DNA of 64,000 nucleotides from a virus (taxonomy: Duplodnaviria > Caudoviricetes), in IMG/VR virus record IMGVR_UViG_3300032280_000800, positions 32,001 to 96,000 of that record; one strand, 5' to 3'. The position numbers and the translations under genes are program-made. Below are positions 20,191 to 29,153 of this stretch, piece by piece. Within the stretch, counting starts at the first letter, position 1; the number at the start of each line of letters is the position of its first letter. The notes beneath the pieces were generated by a model. That model saw only the letters and a list, made by a program, of their open reading frames with translations, ran no database searches and was not told the origin of the DNA.

Positions 20191-20764
20191 AGCATGTTTA
20201 CTGCTGAATGTAGACTATACTCCTGTGGCTATAATAGATTGGAAAAAATCTATTTGTTGGTATATTAAAATACAAGAACAAACATACCCTAATGTTGATA
20301 TTTTAGCATATCATGATGAATATATTATTGGGTTAAATAATCAATACAGACTTCCATCTGTTATTAAGTCTAATACATATATTCAAACGTATAGAAAATA
20401 TGTAAAATTCTCTAGAAAAAATCTATTTTTAAGAGATAACCATACTTGTCAATATTGTGGTAAACAATATCATCATCTTAAATTAACATATGATCATGTT
20501 ATACCAAAATCTAAATGGAGAAATAACACATCCCCAACCTGTTGGCAAAATATAGTTACTGCGTGTTGTAAGTGTAATCGTAAGAAAGCTAATAAAACAC
20601 CAGAAGAAGCTGGTATGGCTCTATTAAATAAACCCAAAGTACCCACTTATAATCATAAATACTTGCCATGGTTCCACGCCCTGTCTAATATAGAATATAC
20701 TTCAGAGTGGGAAAATTTCATTAAAACGGAAGAGACGAATGAAAATCAATATCAAAGATTTTGA
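20165..20764 (+). CDS. HNH endonuclease (McrA-like, zinc-binding)
   Basis: LLLN.DY.P, RDNHTCQYCG, TYDHVIPKS, W.NIVTACCKCNRKK. Confidence 0.9.
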   Translation: MMVMSKIHKACLLLNVDYTPVAIIDWKKSICWYIKIQEQTYPNVDILAYHDEYIIGLNNQYRLPSVIKSNTYIQTYRKYVKFSRKNLFLRDNHTCQYCGKQYHHLKLTYDHVIPKSKWRNNTSPTCWQNIVTACCKCNRKKANKTPEEAGMALLNKPKVPTYNHKYLPWFHALSNIEYTSEWENFIKTEETNENQYQRF

Positions 20765-21152
20765 CATACAACACAAAGAAGATGAGCTTGTAACTAATAG
20801 ATATTATACTCTTATGGATCAACAGGATTTCTTAGACAAGGACAATAATCCATGCAGGAATGAACAGTCAGATATTGTCTATGCAAAAGCAATTCTTAAT
20901 AAAAAACCTAAACATATTGCTGATAATAAAGTATATTATGCTTATTATGTTATGTTAAATCCAAAGAACGAACTATATAACCCCGTACAGATACACTCAA
21001 CTATTAAAGAGAAATCTAAATTTGTAGATAAGGTTTGTAAAACTGAGTGGTTTTTTAAAGAAGTAGATAAGTCAGTTTTTGATACATATGTAGATTTTTT
21101 AAGAACTAAAAACTTAAGACTATTACAAAAGGCTAATAGGAGCTTGAAGTAA
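20739..21152 (+). CDS. Hypothetical protein (paralog of 21489-21830)
   Basis: Shares YAK...NP...F..V...VF..Y..FL....L....R pattern with 21489. Confidence 0.7.
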   Translation: MKINIKDFDIQHKEDELVTNRYYTLMDQQDFLDKDNNPCRNEQSDIVYAKAILNKKPKHIADNKVYYAYYVMLNPKNELYNPVQIHSTIKEKSKFVDKVCKTEWFFKEVDKSVFDTYVDFLRTKNLRLLQKANRSLK

Positions 21153-21153
21153 G

Positions 21154-21501
21154 GTGCCAACCTATTCTTATAAGTGCGAAAAGTGTTCGCATGGCTTTGA
21201 ATTGTTTTTCTCTATTAGTAATTATACTGATGGTCCTCAAAAATGCCCTGTATGCAAAGCAAAGTCTAATAGAGATTATAATGAAGACATATCCACACTC
21301 TCAGCATCGGTTAAAAAATCAGACAGTGAACTAAAAACGATAGGAGATTTAGCCAATCGTAATAGAGACAGAATGACTGAAGATCAAAAAACAACATTAT
21401 ACGAAAAGCATAATGACTATAAGGAAGTTACATCTGATAAGCCTCTACCTAGTGGCATGTCTAGAATGAAAAAACCAAACAAGCCCAAATGGCCGACCTG
21501 A
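21154..21501 (+). CDS. FmdB-family zinc-ribbon protein
   Basis: PTYSYKCEKCSHGFE...CPVC. Confidence 0.85.
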   Translation: MPTYSYKCEKCSHGFELFFSISNYTDGPQKCPVCKAKSNRDYNEDISTLSASVKKSDSELKTIGDLANRNRDRMTEDQKTTLYEKHNDYKEVTSDKPLPSGMSRMKKPNKPKWPT

Positions 21502-21830
21502 ATTTATCAAAAAGTATTTTTTATACTAGTTACTTATCAAAACATAATTTAGATGGAAATAATTGTGCTGTTGTTAATAAATGGTCGTCAGAAATATATG
21601 CTAAAAAAATCTCCGAAAACAATGTAATAATTTATCAGATATTATCTGTGAATAATAAAATTTTCAATCCATTTAGTATCTATGGAAGAAATAAATCAAA
21701 GAGTTTATTTGATAATAAAGAAGAAAAATTTATCAAAGTATCCGAAAGAGTATTTGAAATGTATATTAGGTTTCTTAATTCGCAAAACATGTCCCTGTTA
21801 CACAATGTTCAAAGAGAGGTTTCTTTATGA
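21489..21830 (+). CDS. Hypothetical protein (paralog of 20739-21152)
   Basis: Motif similarity as above. Confidence 0.65.
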   Translation: MADLNLSKSIFYTSYLSKHNLDGNNCAVVNKWSSEIYAKKISENNVIIYQILSVNNKIFNPFSIYGRNKSKSLFDNKEEKFIKVSERVFEMYIRFLNSQNMSLLHNVQREVSL

Positions 21831-22162
21831 AGAAAAATAAATCACAAGAGTATGCTATACTATGGCTTCATTCACAAAACAAAAAAAGTGGAGATATAGC
21901 GGATGAGCTTAATATCGGTATAGAGAAGGTAGAAGCTGTAATAAGAGTAAATTCCGAACCTAAGGCATCCACGAATGAGGGATCGGCAACAAAAAAGACA
22001 AGCAAGTCCAAGTCGTTAATGATCACGCAAACTTCAGCCAAACAAAGCAAAAGTGTTGCTATAATGACTTCTGAGGCTTCAATGCTAAATGACGAACTGA
22101 AAAAGAAATTTCCCGGAAAAACTAACGACACACAAAACTTTATTTTTAGACCAAATGACTGA
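21827..22162 (+). CDS. Hypothetical protein with possible N-terminal HTH
   Basis: KKSGDIADELNIGIEKVEAVI is HTH-like. Confidence 0.55.
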   Translation: MKKNKSQEYAILWLHSQNKKSGDIADELNIGIEKVEAVIRVNSEPKASTNEGSATKKTSKSKSLMITQTSAKQSKSVAIMTSEASMLNDELKKKFPGKTNDTQNFIFRPND

Positions 22163-22589
22163 ACATAATTCATATCCATCCAAATACTCGAATGGGAAAA
22201 ATGTATCTGCGGCACAATTTATTACAGAAATTATCTGTGAGAATAAAGCCATAAGAGAGAAAAAAGACTTACATTATAAGTTTTGGACAAATAAGGAGTG
22301 GGCACAATTTTATAGGAGTCAGATTGCAACAGCGCATAAGTTATTGCAAAAGTATGTGCCGAATGCAATTATTAAAGCATTAAAGAATACAAAAGCTCGT
22401 AATATTTATTCTTTGCGCGCCCCACACCTTATTCCTATCATAGACCAAGAGCAGGCTTTAATCGACAGTCAGCCTCAAGTTTCTAAGAATTATGACGAGA
22501 GCAGACAAGTACAAAATACTCAATTCCGTAAAACTACCCAACCTAAAAATATTATTTCCAAATTAAGAGAGATAGATAATGGCACTTAA
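22155..22589 (+). CDS. Hypothetical protein
   Basis: 144-aa ORF overlapping both neighbours. Confidence 0.65.
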   Translation: MTEHNSYPSKYSNGKNVSAAQFITEIICENKAIREKKDLHYKFWTNKEWAQFYRSQIATAHKLLQKYVPNAIIKALKNTKARNIYSLRAPHLIPIIDQEQALIDSQPQVSKNYDESRQVQNTQFRKTTQPKNIISKLREIDNGT

Positions 22590-23589
22590 AGAAGATGTTA
22601 AGAAAAATTTTGGTTCTGAAGTTATGCAAAGCGCTACCGCTCTAATCGATAGAGAGTCAGTAATTATTCCTCTTTGTCCATCATTAGATATGATTCTTTC
22701 TGGAGGTGTTCCAGAAGGTAGTTTCGTGGTATTGACAGGTCAACCGAAGTGTGGTAAAACCACAACATCTTTGGACTTTGCAGCCACGGCACAAAAGGAA
22801 ATGTATAAAGGTACACTTAAAAAGCCAAGACATGTGTATTACCTTAATATAGAAGGTAGATTGAAAAAAAGAGATTTAGAAGGTATTAATGGATTAGATC
22901 TTGATAGATTTGATATTATTGGATCACAAGAAGGTAAAATTTTAAATGCAGAAGAATATCTGCAAATAGCTGAACGTATTATTAACGAGGAACCTGGATG
23001 TTTACTCATTATAGACTCGTACTCTGCGCTATGTACAGAAGCGGAGATAACTTCTGATATGAACAAGATGCAAAGAGCTGACGGAGCTAAGCTATTAGCC
23101 AAATTTTGTAGAAAAGTTGCTAATGTTATTCCTGTTAATCGTAATATCGTAATAGGTATTACGCATCTTATGGGTAATCCAACAGGCTATGGAGCAGAAT
23201 TTAAGGAGAAGAGCGGTCAGGCTATTGCATATCAAACAGATATCAAATTACGAGCCAAGACTTTTAAGCCGTGGACTTTGGGAGCAGATAATACGCAGAT
23301 AGGTCAAGAAGTAGAGTGGCAAGTTATATGTTCTGCTCTTGGACCACCAGGAGGAGTAGCAACATCTTATATCAGATATGGTTCTGGTATAGATAAGGTT
23401 ACGGAAATTATGATGTTAGCTATTGATATAGGTATTATTAATAAGGGTGGTGCGTGGTATAGTTTTGATGTTGACGGAGAAACACAAAAGTTTCAAGGTA
23501 CAGAAAAATTAAGACAGTTCTTAGTTGACCATCCCGAAAGCTATAATAAGATATTAGAAGAAACCAAGGCCACTATGGGTATTAAATGA
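22579..23589 (+). CDS. recA: RecA/UvsX-like recombinase
   Basis: LD.ILSGGVPEG, Walker A GQPKCGKTT, Walker B LLIIDS, GIDK, GAWYSF, KFQG. Confidence 0.9.
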   Translation: MALKEDVKKNFGSEVMQSATALIDRESVIIPLCPSLDMILSGGVPEGSFVVLTGQPKCGKTTTSLDFAATAQKEMYKGTLKKPRHVYYLNIEGRLKKRDLEGINGLDLDRFDIIGSQEGKILNAEEYLQIAERIINEEPGCLLIIDSYSALCTEAEITSDMNKMQRADGAKLLAKFCRKVANVIPVNRNIVIGITHLMGNPTGYGAEFKEKSGQAIAYQTDIKLRAKTFKPWTLGADNTQIGQEVEWQVICSALGPPGGVATSYIRYGSGIDKVTEIMMLAIDIGIINKGGAWYSFDVDGETQKFQGTEKLRQFLVDHPESYNKILEETKATMGIK

Positions 23590-23990
23590 ATACTATTGGA
23601 TTAGATGGTTCTTCGCACAAGTTAACATTTTCTGGACTAACGTCTAAAAGTAGTATGAATAATAAATCTAGTTTTCATTTAGAAGCTAGACATATTTTGA
23701 AGGGATTATATCCGACACTACAAATTATTGAAGAAGTACCTATTTATATTAGAAAATCAGAAATTTTATACATTGATTTTTTTATACCTCTAATTAAAAA
23801 ATGTATAGAGGTTCATGGAGAACAACATTACGGATTTGTTGCATTTTATCATAGATCAAAACTTGATTTTTTAAAACAAAAAAAGAGAGATAAAGACAAA
23901 CAAGAGTGGTGTGATACCAATAATTTAACTTATGTAGAATTACCTTACAACAAACAATCTGAATGGATAGAGATTATAAATAATGCATAA
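23586..23990 (+). CDS. Vsr/DUF559-like PD-(D/E)xK endonuclease
   Basis: EEVP, IDFFIP, IEVHGEQHY, RD..K..WC..N. Confidence 0.7.
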   Translation: MNTIGLDGSSHKLTFSGLTSKSSMNNKSSFHLEARHILKGLYPTLQIIEEVPIYIRKSEILYIDFFIPLIKKCIEVHGEQHYGFVAFYHRSKLDFLKQKKRDKDKQEWCDTNNLTYVELPYNKQSEWIEIINNA

Positions 23991-24471
23991 AACGAGCAAG
24001 GAAGAACTTGAACACTGGGATAAAATTTTAGACGAGTATGAATCTTCATTGGGTATACCTAAGGTTATGGCCAACGTAGAATCTTCGGATGAGCTTAATC
24101 AATATTTATCAATGGATAGAAATACTATTGAAAAATTAACCCCAGAAGATTGTTTTCAAATAGCATATCGTCTTGGTCAGATGGCTTTCCATATACAAAG
24201 AAATTTAAATCGTGAAATCGCAAGACACAATTGGGCTGAAGATACTGTGAAAATTGTGATTGCTGACGATATTAATAACTATAAAGGCTATGGATATATG
24301 GAAAAGTTATATCAGGCTATTAAGAATAATGAAAAAGCTAACAATTTACACAAGATACAAAAATATGCTAAACAAAGAATGGATAGATTGTCTTATTTAG
24401 CTAATAGTTTAAAGAATTTATCAGATATATTAATTGCTATTCAAAGAAACAAGGTGAGAAATGTCAACTGA
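23983..24471 (+). CDS. Helical hypothetical protein (position suggests a recombination mediator)
   Basis: 162-aa ORF, coiled-coil-like, two genes downstream of recA; function not established. Confidence 0.55.
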   Translation: MHKTSKEELEHWDKILDEYESSLGIPKVMANVESSDELNQYLSMDRNTIEKLTPEDCFQIAYRLGQMAFHIQRNLNREIARHNWAEDTVKIVIADDINNYKGYGYMEKLYQAIKNNEKANNLHKIQKYAKQRMDRLSYLANSLKNLSDILIAIQRNKVRNVN

Positions 24472-24883
24472 TAATATTAATGATTTATTAAAAAATCCTG
24501 ATCAGATTAAACAAATGATAGGACTATTGTCGGCTCTATTAGAGACAGCAAATACAAATGCGTCTTCTATTGGGACTGATATAGAAACTGAAGCAAAACC
24601 AAAACCACTACAAAGTAAAGAATTTAATACTAAGGAAACCAAAAAGAAAAAAACAACAAGAGAAAACAAGTTTCTTTCTATGCCAGAAGCTGCTATGTAT
24701 AAAGAAGATCCAGAACTGGCACAAAAACTATATAAGCAGCCTCCCGTTGCTCGTAGTAGAAAGCCACAAATGGTGAGTGTTACATGTAGAGTTTGTGGAA
24801 AACAAGAGAAAGTACAATCCTCTTTATTGTATGGTGGTATAGATAGATTTAAGTGTAATAAGTGTTCGACAACGCCGGGCTAA
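24461..24883 (+). CDS. Hypothetical protein with C-terminal zinc ribbon
   Basis: CRVC...CNKC. Confidence 0.6.
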   Translation: MSTDNINDLLKNPDQIKQMIGLLSALLETANTNASSIGTDIETEAKPKPLQSKEFNTKETKKKKTTRENKFLSMPEAAMYKEDPELAQKLYKQPPVARSRKPQMVSVTCRVCGKQEKVQSSLLYGGIDRFKCNKCSTTPG

Positions 24884-24904
24884 TTAATAAAATATAAAGG
24901 ATTT

Positions 24905-26386
24905 ATGAAAACTACAGAATATTTGGCAGACCCTTCGGCTGAGCGTGCGGTTTTATCTGGTTTATGTAAATATGGTGAAAATTCTTATTTAGATATTTCT
25001 GATCTTTTATCCAGCAAATCTTTCACCATAGACAGTAACGCTCTAATATATAGTTGCATACAGCACATATATAATAATGACAATAATGCAGTTATTGATT
25101 TGGCATATATATACTCTGTAGCTCAAGATCTGGGTTGCAAAGATGCTTTATCGTCAAAAGATGAAGCCATGCATATCAAGGCTATATTAGATTTCCCTGT
25201 TGATCAAAGTAATATCAGAAAATTTGCCACTAAAATCAAGAAGCTTGAAGTAGCTAGGAATATTAGTGAACAACTTGGAATAGCACAAAAAGAGCTGAGT
25301 GACATAACAGGATCAGAGTCTATTGCGGAAATACTAAATATAGCAGAGAGTAAGGTTTTCGATTTGGGTCTATTGCTAGGAGACGGTAAATCTGAGCCAG
25401 AAGCTATCGGAAAGAATATAGATGAGTATATTCAAAATCTAGAAGATAATCCTGTTGATCAAGTAGGTTTGTCTACTGGATTCCCTATATATGACCAAGC
25501 AATAGGTGGAGGGTTAAGGAAAAGCACAGTAAATGTTATTGCGGCCAGACCCAAAACTGGCAAAACATTATTAGCAGATAATATGGGATATTATTTAGCC
25601 AATAGCAATATTCCTGTATTAAATATGGACACGGAAATGACAACTGAAGATCATATTAATCGTATTATTGGTATGATGACAGAGGTGGATTTGAGAACCA
25701 TAGAAACAGGTAAATTCAAAGACTCTGCGGACTTAAAAAGCAAAGTATATGATGCTAAGTCCAGATTAAAAAATATGAAGCTTTATTACAAGTCAATAGC
25801 TGGTAAGCCATTTGATGAACAATTGGCTATTATGAGAAGATGGATTATCAAAGAGGTTGGCTTAAATGATGACGGAACAGCAAAAGATTGTGTAATATTT
25901 TACGATTATTTAAAGCTAATGGATTCTATAGGTATGTCTCAAGATCTAAAAGAATATCAAGTATTAGGCTTTATGATGACATCATTACATAATTTTGCGA
26001 CCAAGTATAAAATACCGATAGTGGCCTTTGTTCAGTTAAATCGTGATGGTATAACTAAAGAAAGTACAGACACAGCAAGCGGATCAGACAGAATCATCTG
26101 GTTGTGTAGTAACTTTTCTATTTTTAAACGCAAGTCTGATGAAGAAATTGCCGAAGATGGACCTGCGGCAGGAAATAGGAAGCTGATACCTCTTGTTAGT
26201 AGACATGGTGGCGGACTCGATGATAACGACTATATAAACTGTCACATGAAGGGTTGGTGTGCACAAATTACAGAGGGGCAAACCAAACTAGAACTAACAA
26301 ATAATTCTCCAAAAAATAGAAACACATTCCAAATTACTACAGATATAACAGATGAGCAAAACGAAGAAGAAATCCCGTTCGTTTAG
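24905..26386 (+). CDS. dnaB: Replicative DNA helicase
   Basis: AERAVL N-terminus, GLSTGF..YD..IGG, ARPKTGKT, DTEM, YDYLKL, QLNR, SDRI. Confidence 0.92.
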   Translation: MKTTEYLADPSAERAVLSGLCKYGENSYLDISDLLSSKSFTIDSNALIYSCIQHIYNNDNNAVIDLAYIYSVAQDLGCKDALSSKDEAMHIKAILDFPVDQSNIRKFATKIKKLEVARNISEQLGIAQKELSDITGSESIAEILNIAESKVFDLGLLLGDGKSEPEAIGKNIDEYIQNLEDNPVDQVGLSTGFPIYDQAIGGGLRKSTVNVIAARPKTGKTLLADNMGYYLANSNIPVLNMDTEMTTEDHINRIIGMMTEVDLRTIETGKFKDSADLKSKVYDAKSRLKNMKLYYKSIAGKPFDEQLAIMRRWIIKEVGLNDDGTAKDCVIFYDYLKLMDSIGMSQDLKEYQVLGFMMTSLHNFATKYKIPIVAFVQLNRDGITKESTDTASGSDRIIWLCSNFSIFKRKSDEEIAEDGPAAGNRKLIPLVSRHGGGLDDNDYINCHMKGWCAQITEGQTKLELTNNSPKNRNTFQITTDITDEQNEEEIPFV

Positions 26387-27509
26387 TCAGGCCAAGATTA
26401 AGGCTGTATGCGACGAATTGTGTGACAATATAGACTTGTTATGTGAAACATTTCAACTAAATTGTAAACACACAAATAAAATGATAACAATGGCATGTCC
26501 AATTCATGGTGGAGATAATGAATCGGCACTTAACTTATATTACGTTGGAGACTCCTATCGAGGTAATTGGGTGTGTAGAACACACCACTGCGAAAGAATT
26601 TTCCAACCATCAATTATAGGGTTTCTAAGAGGCGTACTGTCTGTTAAAAATAGTAACTGGAACAAAGATGGAGATGAAACGTATAGTTTTGATGATACTA
26701 TGACAATGGCATTAAAAATTTTACAAAAAGATCTTAGGGATATTAAAACTAATAATGTTAATCTAGAGAAAAAAACATTTATTAAGAATATACAAAGTAT
26801 ATCCCCTGTTATTAATAATCTTGATAAATTACCCAGTAGAACAATGGTGAGAAAAGCATTAGATATACCAGCAAATTATTATTTACAAAGAGGATACTCT
26901 ACAAATATTCTAGATAAATACGATATTGGCTTGTGTGATAATCCAAATAAAGAAATGTTTGATAGAATCGTAGTACCAGTATATGACCAACAACATAGTC
27001 GTATGGTAGGTTGTAGTGGAAGAAGCATTCATGAAAAATGCCAAAAATGCTCTTATTATCATAATCCTAAAACAGATTGCGTAGGCCATGAGTATGGATG
27101 GAAGTACTCTAAATGGAAACATAATAAAGACTTTAAGTCTAAAGATCACCTTTACAACCTATGGTTCTCTAAAGAATATATACTTAAGACCGGCATAGCT
27201 GTGATAGTTGAAAGTCCGGGTAATGTATGGAGATTAGAAGAAGCAGGAATCAAGAACTCGGTAGCCATATTTGGAACATCTCTAAGCGATAGACAAAAAA
27301 TGCTACTAGATTGTTCTGGGGCTATGTCTCTATTGGTACTATTAGACAGCGACGAAGCTGGACAGGTTGGAACAAAACAAATATACGATAAGTGCTATAG
27401 AACATATAATGTTAAAACACTATCAATCGTTACTAACGATATAGCCGATATGGATGTAGATACTGTTAAACGAACTATTATACCAGAAATGGAAAAGATA
27501 CATGTCTAA
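26352..27509 (+). CDS. dnaG: DNA primase (CHC2 zinc finger + TOPRIM)
   Basis: CPIH...C....C zinc finger; DRIVVP; GRS; KW; LYNL; VES..; DSDEAG; D.AD. Confidence 0.85.
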   Translation: MSKTKKKSRSFSQAKIKAVCDELCDNIDLLCETFQLNCKHTNKMITMACPIHGGDNESALNLYYVGDSYRGNWVCRTHHCERIFQPSIIGFLRGVLSVKNSNWNKDGDETYSFDDTMTMALKILQKDLRDIKTNNVNLEKKTFIKNIQSISPVINNLDKLPSRTMVRKALDIPANYYLQRGYSTNILDKYDIGLCDNPNKEMFDRIVVPVYDQQHSRMVGCSGRSIHEKCQKCSYYHNPKTDCVGHEYGWKYSKWKHNKDFKSKDHLYNLWFSKEYILKTGIAVIVESPGNVWRLEEAGIKNSVAIFGTSLSDRQKMLLDCSGAMSLLVLLDSDEAGQVGTKQIYDKCYRTYNVKTLSIVTNDIADMDVDTVKRTIIPEMEKIHV

Positions 27510-28095
27510 TTTTATTTTAGCTTTTGCGGGAAGAAAGCAGTCGGGTAAGACAACATGCGCTCAATTTGCAGGAGAAATATTTGCAGCGCATACTATGAAA
27601 AAATATGATGTGTATAACTTTGCGGACCCATTAAAACAAGACATCTGTATAAATATACTTGGATTAACATATGATCAATGTTATGGTAGTGATGATCAAA
27701 AAAATGAACTAGTAGACTGTTACTGGGAGAACAAACAACTATCCGCAAGGGAAGTTATGCAAATGGTGGGAACGGATATGTTTAGAAAACTACAAACAAA
27801 TGTTTGGTCAGAAGCTACCATTAGGAGAATTAAAAAAGATAATCCTAGACTAGGCATAATAGCCGATTGCAGATTTCCAAATGAGGTCGAGGCCATTAAG
27901 AGCGCTGGTGGACTAGTTATTAAGCTTACTAGAAATCCATATAATTCTGATCATAGTAGCGAAATAGCGCTGGACGAAAATAATTATGATCATAGTAGAT
28001 TCGATATGGTTATTGATAATAAACATATGACTATACAGCAACAAAATGCTATTTTATTAGATTTTCTTAAGCATAAAGGAATATTACAATTATAA
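27502..28095 (+). CDS. Deoxynucleoside monophosphate kinase
   Basis: GRKQSGKTT, FADPLK, REVMQ..GT, DCRFPNE, HSSE. Confidence 0.88.
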   Translation: MSNFILAFAGRKQSGKTTCAQFAGEIFAAHTMKKYDVYNFADPLKQDICINILGLTYDQCYGSDDQKNELVDCYWENKQLSAREVMQMVGTDMFRKLQTNVWSEATIRRIKKDNPRLGIIADCRFPNEVEAIKSAGGLVIKLTRNPYNSDHSSEIALDENNYDHSRFDMVIDNKHMTIQQQNAILLDFLKHKGILQL

Positions 28096-28133
28096 TTACA
28101 TATTTTAGAAGCTCGTCATATAATACGCATTCT

Positions 28134-29153
28134 ATGTGCGAGCAACAATATTTTATTGAATATGTTCTTGGTAGACGAGGACTATCAAATAAAAAAGCAG
28201 ACAAAGGGACTATAGTTCATAAGGTACTAGAAATACTAGCCTTGATGAAAAAAGCACATCAAGATAAACTAGAAAGTATCAATGACGATATTGTAGGACT
28301 AATAGACTTTAAAAAACAAGATATGCATGATGATAAATTCATTTTATCGTTAGTAAATATTATTTATGAGTATTATACATCTCAGTGTCAGCATCACTCA
28401 TGGTCAGAAAAAGACCGTAAAGATTGTATAGAATGGGTGAGCAAAACTCTTAGATCTCATAATCGCATGTTTGACCCAAGAGAGCGCAATATCTTTAGGG
28501 CTGAGCAACACTTTGATCTTGTAATAGATAAAGAGTGGGCTAAGTATGTATATGATATAGACGGAAAAAAGGTGAGTGGTAATTTAGCTATCAAAGGAAC
28601 CATAGACTTAGTTACCAAAATAGATGATTCTACACTAGAGATAATTGACTGGAAAACTGGAAGAAGACTAAACTGGGCAACCGGCGAAGAAAAAACACAA
28701 GCAAAGCTGGAGGATGATCCACAGTTAAAGCTTTATCATTATGCTATTCATCGTTTATTTCCAGAATTTAAACATATTATTGTGACAATCAACTTCATTA
28801 ATGATGGTGGTCCGTTCTCAATATGTTTTGATAATGAAGATAATGCTGCTAAGACCGAGTATATGCTTAGAGAAAAGTTTATTCATATACAGAAAACACA
28901 AAAGCCAAAACTTAAAAAATCTTGGATGTGTAGTAAGTTATGTCATTTTGGTAAAAATACATTCGTTAACGATAAGCACGTATCACCAATTGTGGAATAT
29001 AGAGATAATCAGTTAACTCCAAAAAATGCAACAATGACACAGTGTGAACAAATTAAGCACGATTTGGAATTACATGGTATGAATGAGGCTGTTGACATCT
29101 ATCAGCTCCCAGGATATAGTGTAGGTACCTACAAAGCACCCGGAGAAGTATAA
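28134..29153 (+). CDS. Cas4/AddB-like PD-(D/E)xK exonuclease with putative Fe-S cysteines (true start probably ~28089-28092)
   Basis: GTIVH, AE, GTIDL, IIDWKTG, QL.LY; Cys in MCEQ, CSKLC and CEQ. Confidence 0.8.
   Translation: MCEQQYFIEYVLGRRGLSNKKADKGTIVHKVLEILALMKKAHQDKLESINDDIVGLIDFKKQDMHDDKFILSLVNIIYEYYTSQCQHHSWSEKDRKDCIEWVSKTLRSHNRMFDPRERNIFRAEQHFDLVIDKEWAKYVYDIDGKKVSGNLAIKGTIDLVTKIDDSTLEIIDWKTGRRLNWATGEEKTQAKLEDDPQLKLYHYAIHRLFPEFKHIIVTINFINDGGPFSICFDNEDNAAKTEYMLREKFIHIQKTQKPKLKKSWMCSKLCHFGKNTFVNDKHVSPIVEYRDNQLTPKNATMTQCEQIKHDLELHGMNEAVDIYQLPGYSVGTYKAPGEV

Noticed and set aside
28134-29153. Cas4-like gene as evidence of a CRISPR system
   Set aside because: No repeat-spacer array or other cas genes seen; solo Cas4/AddB-like nucleases are common in phage replication modules
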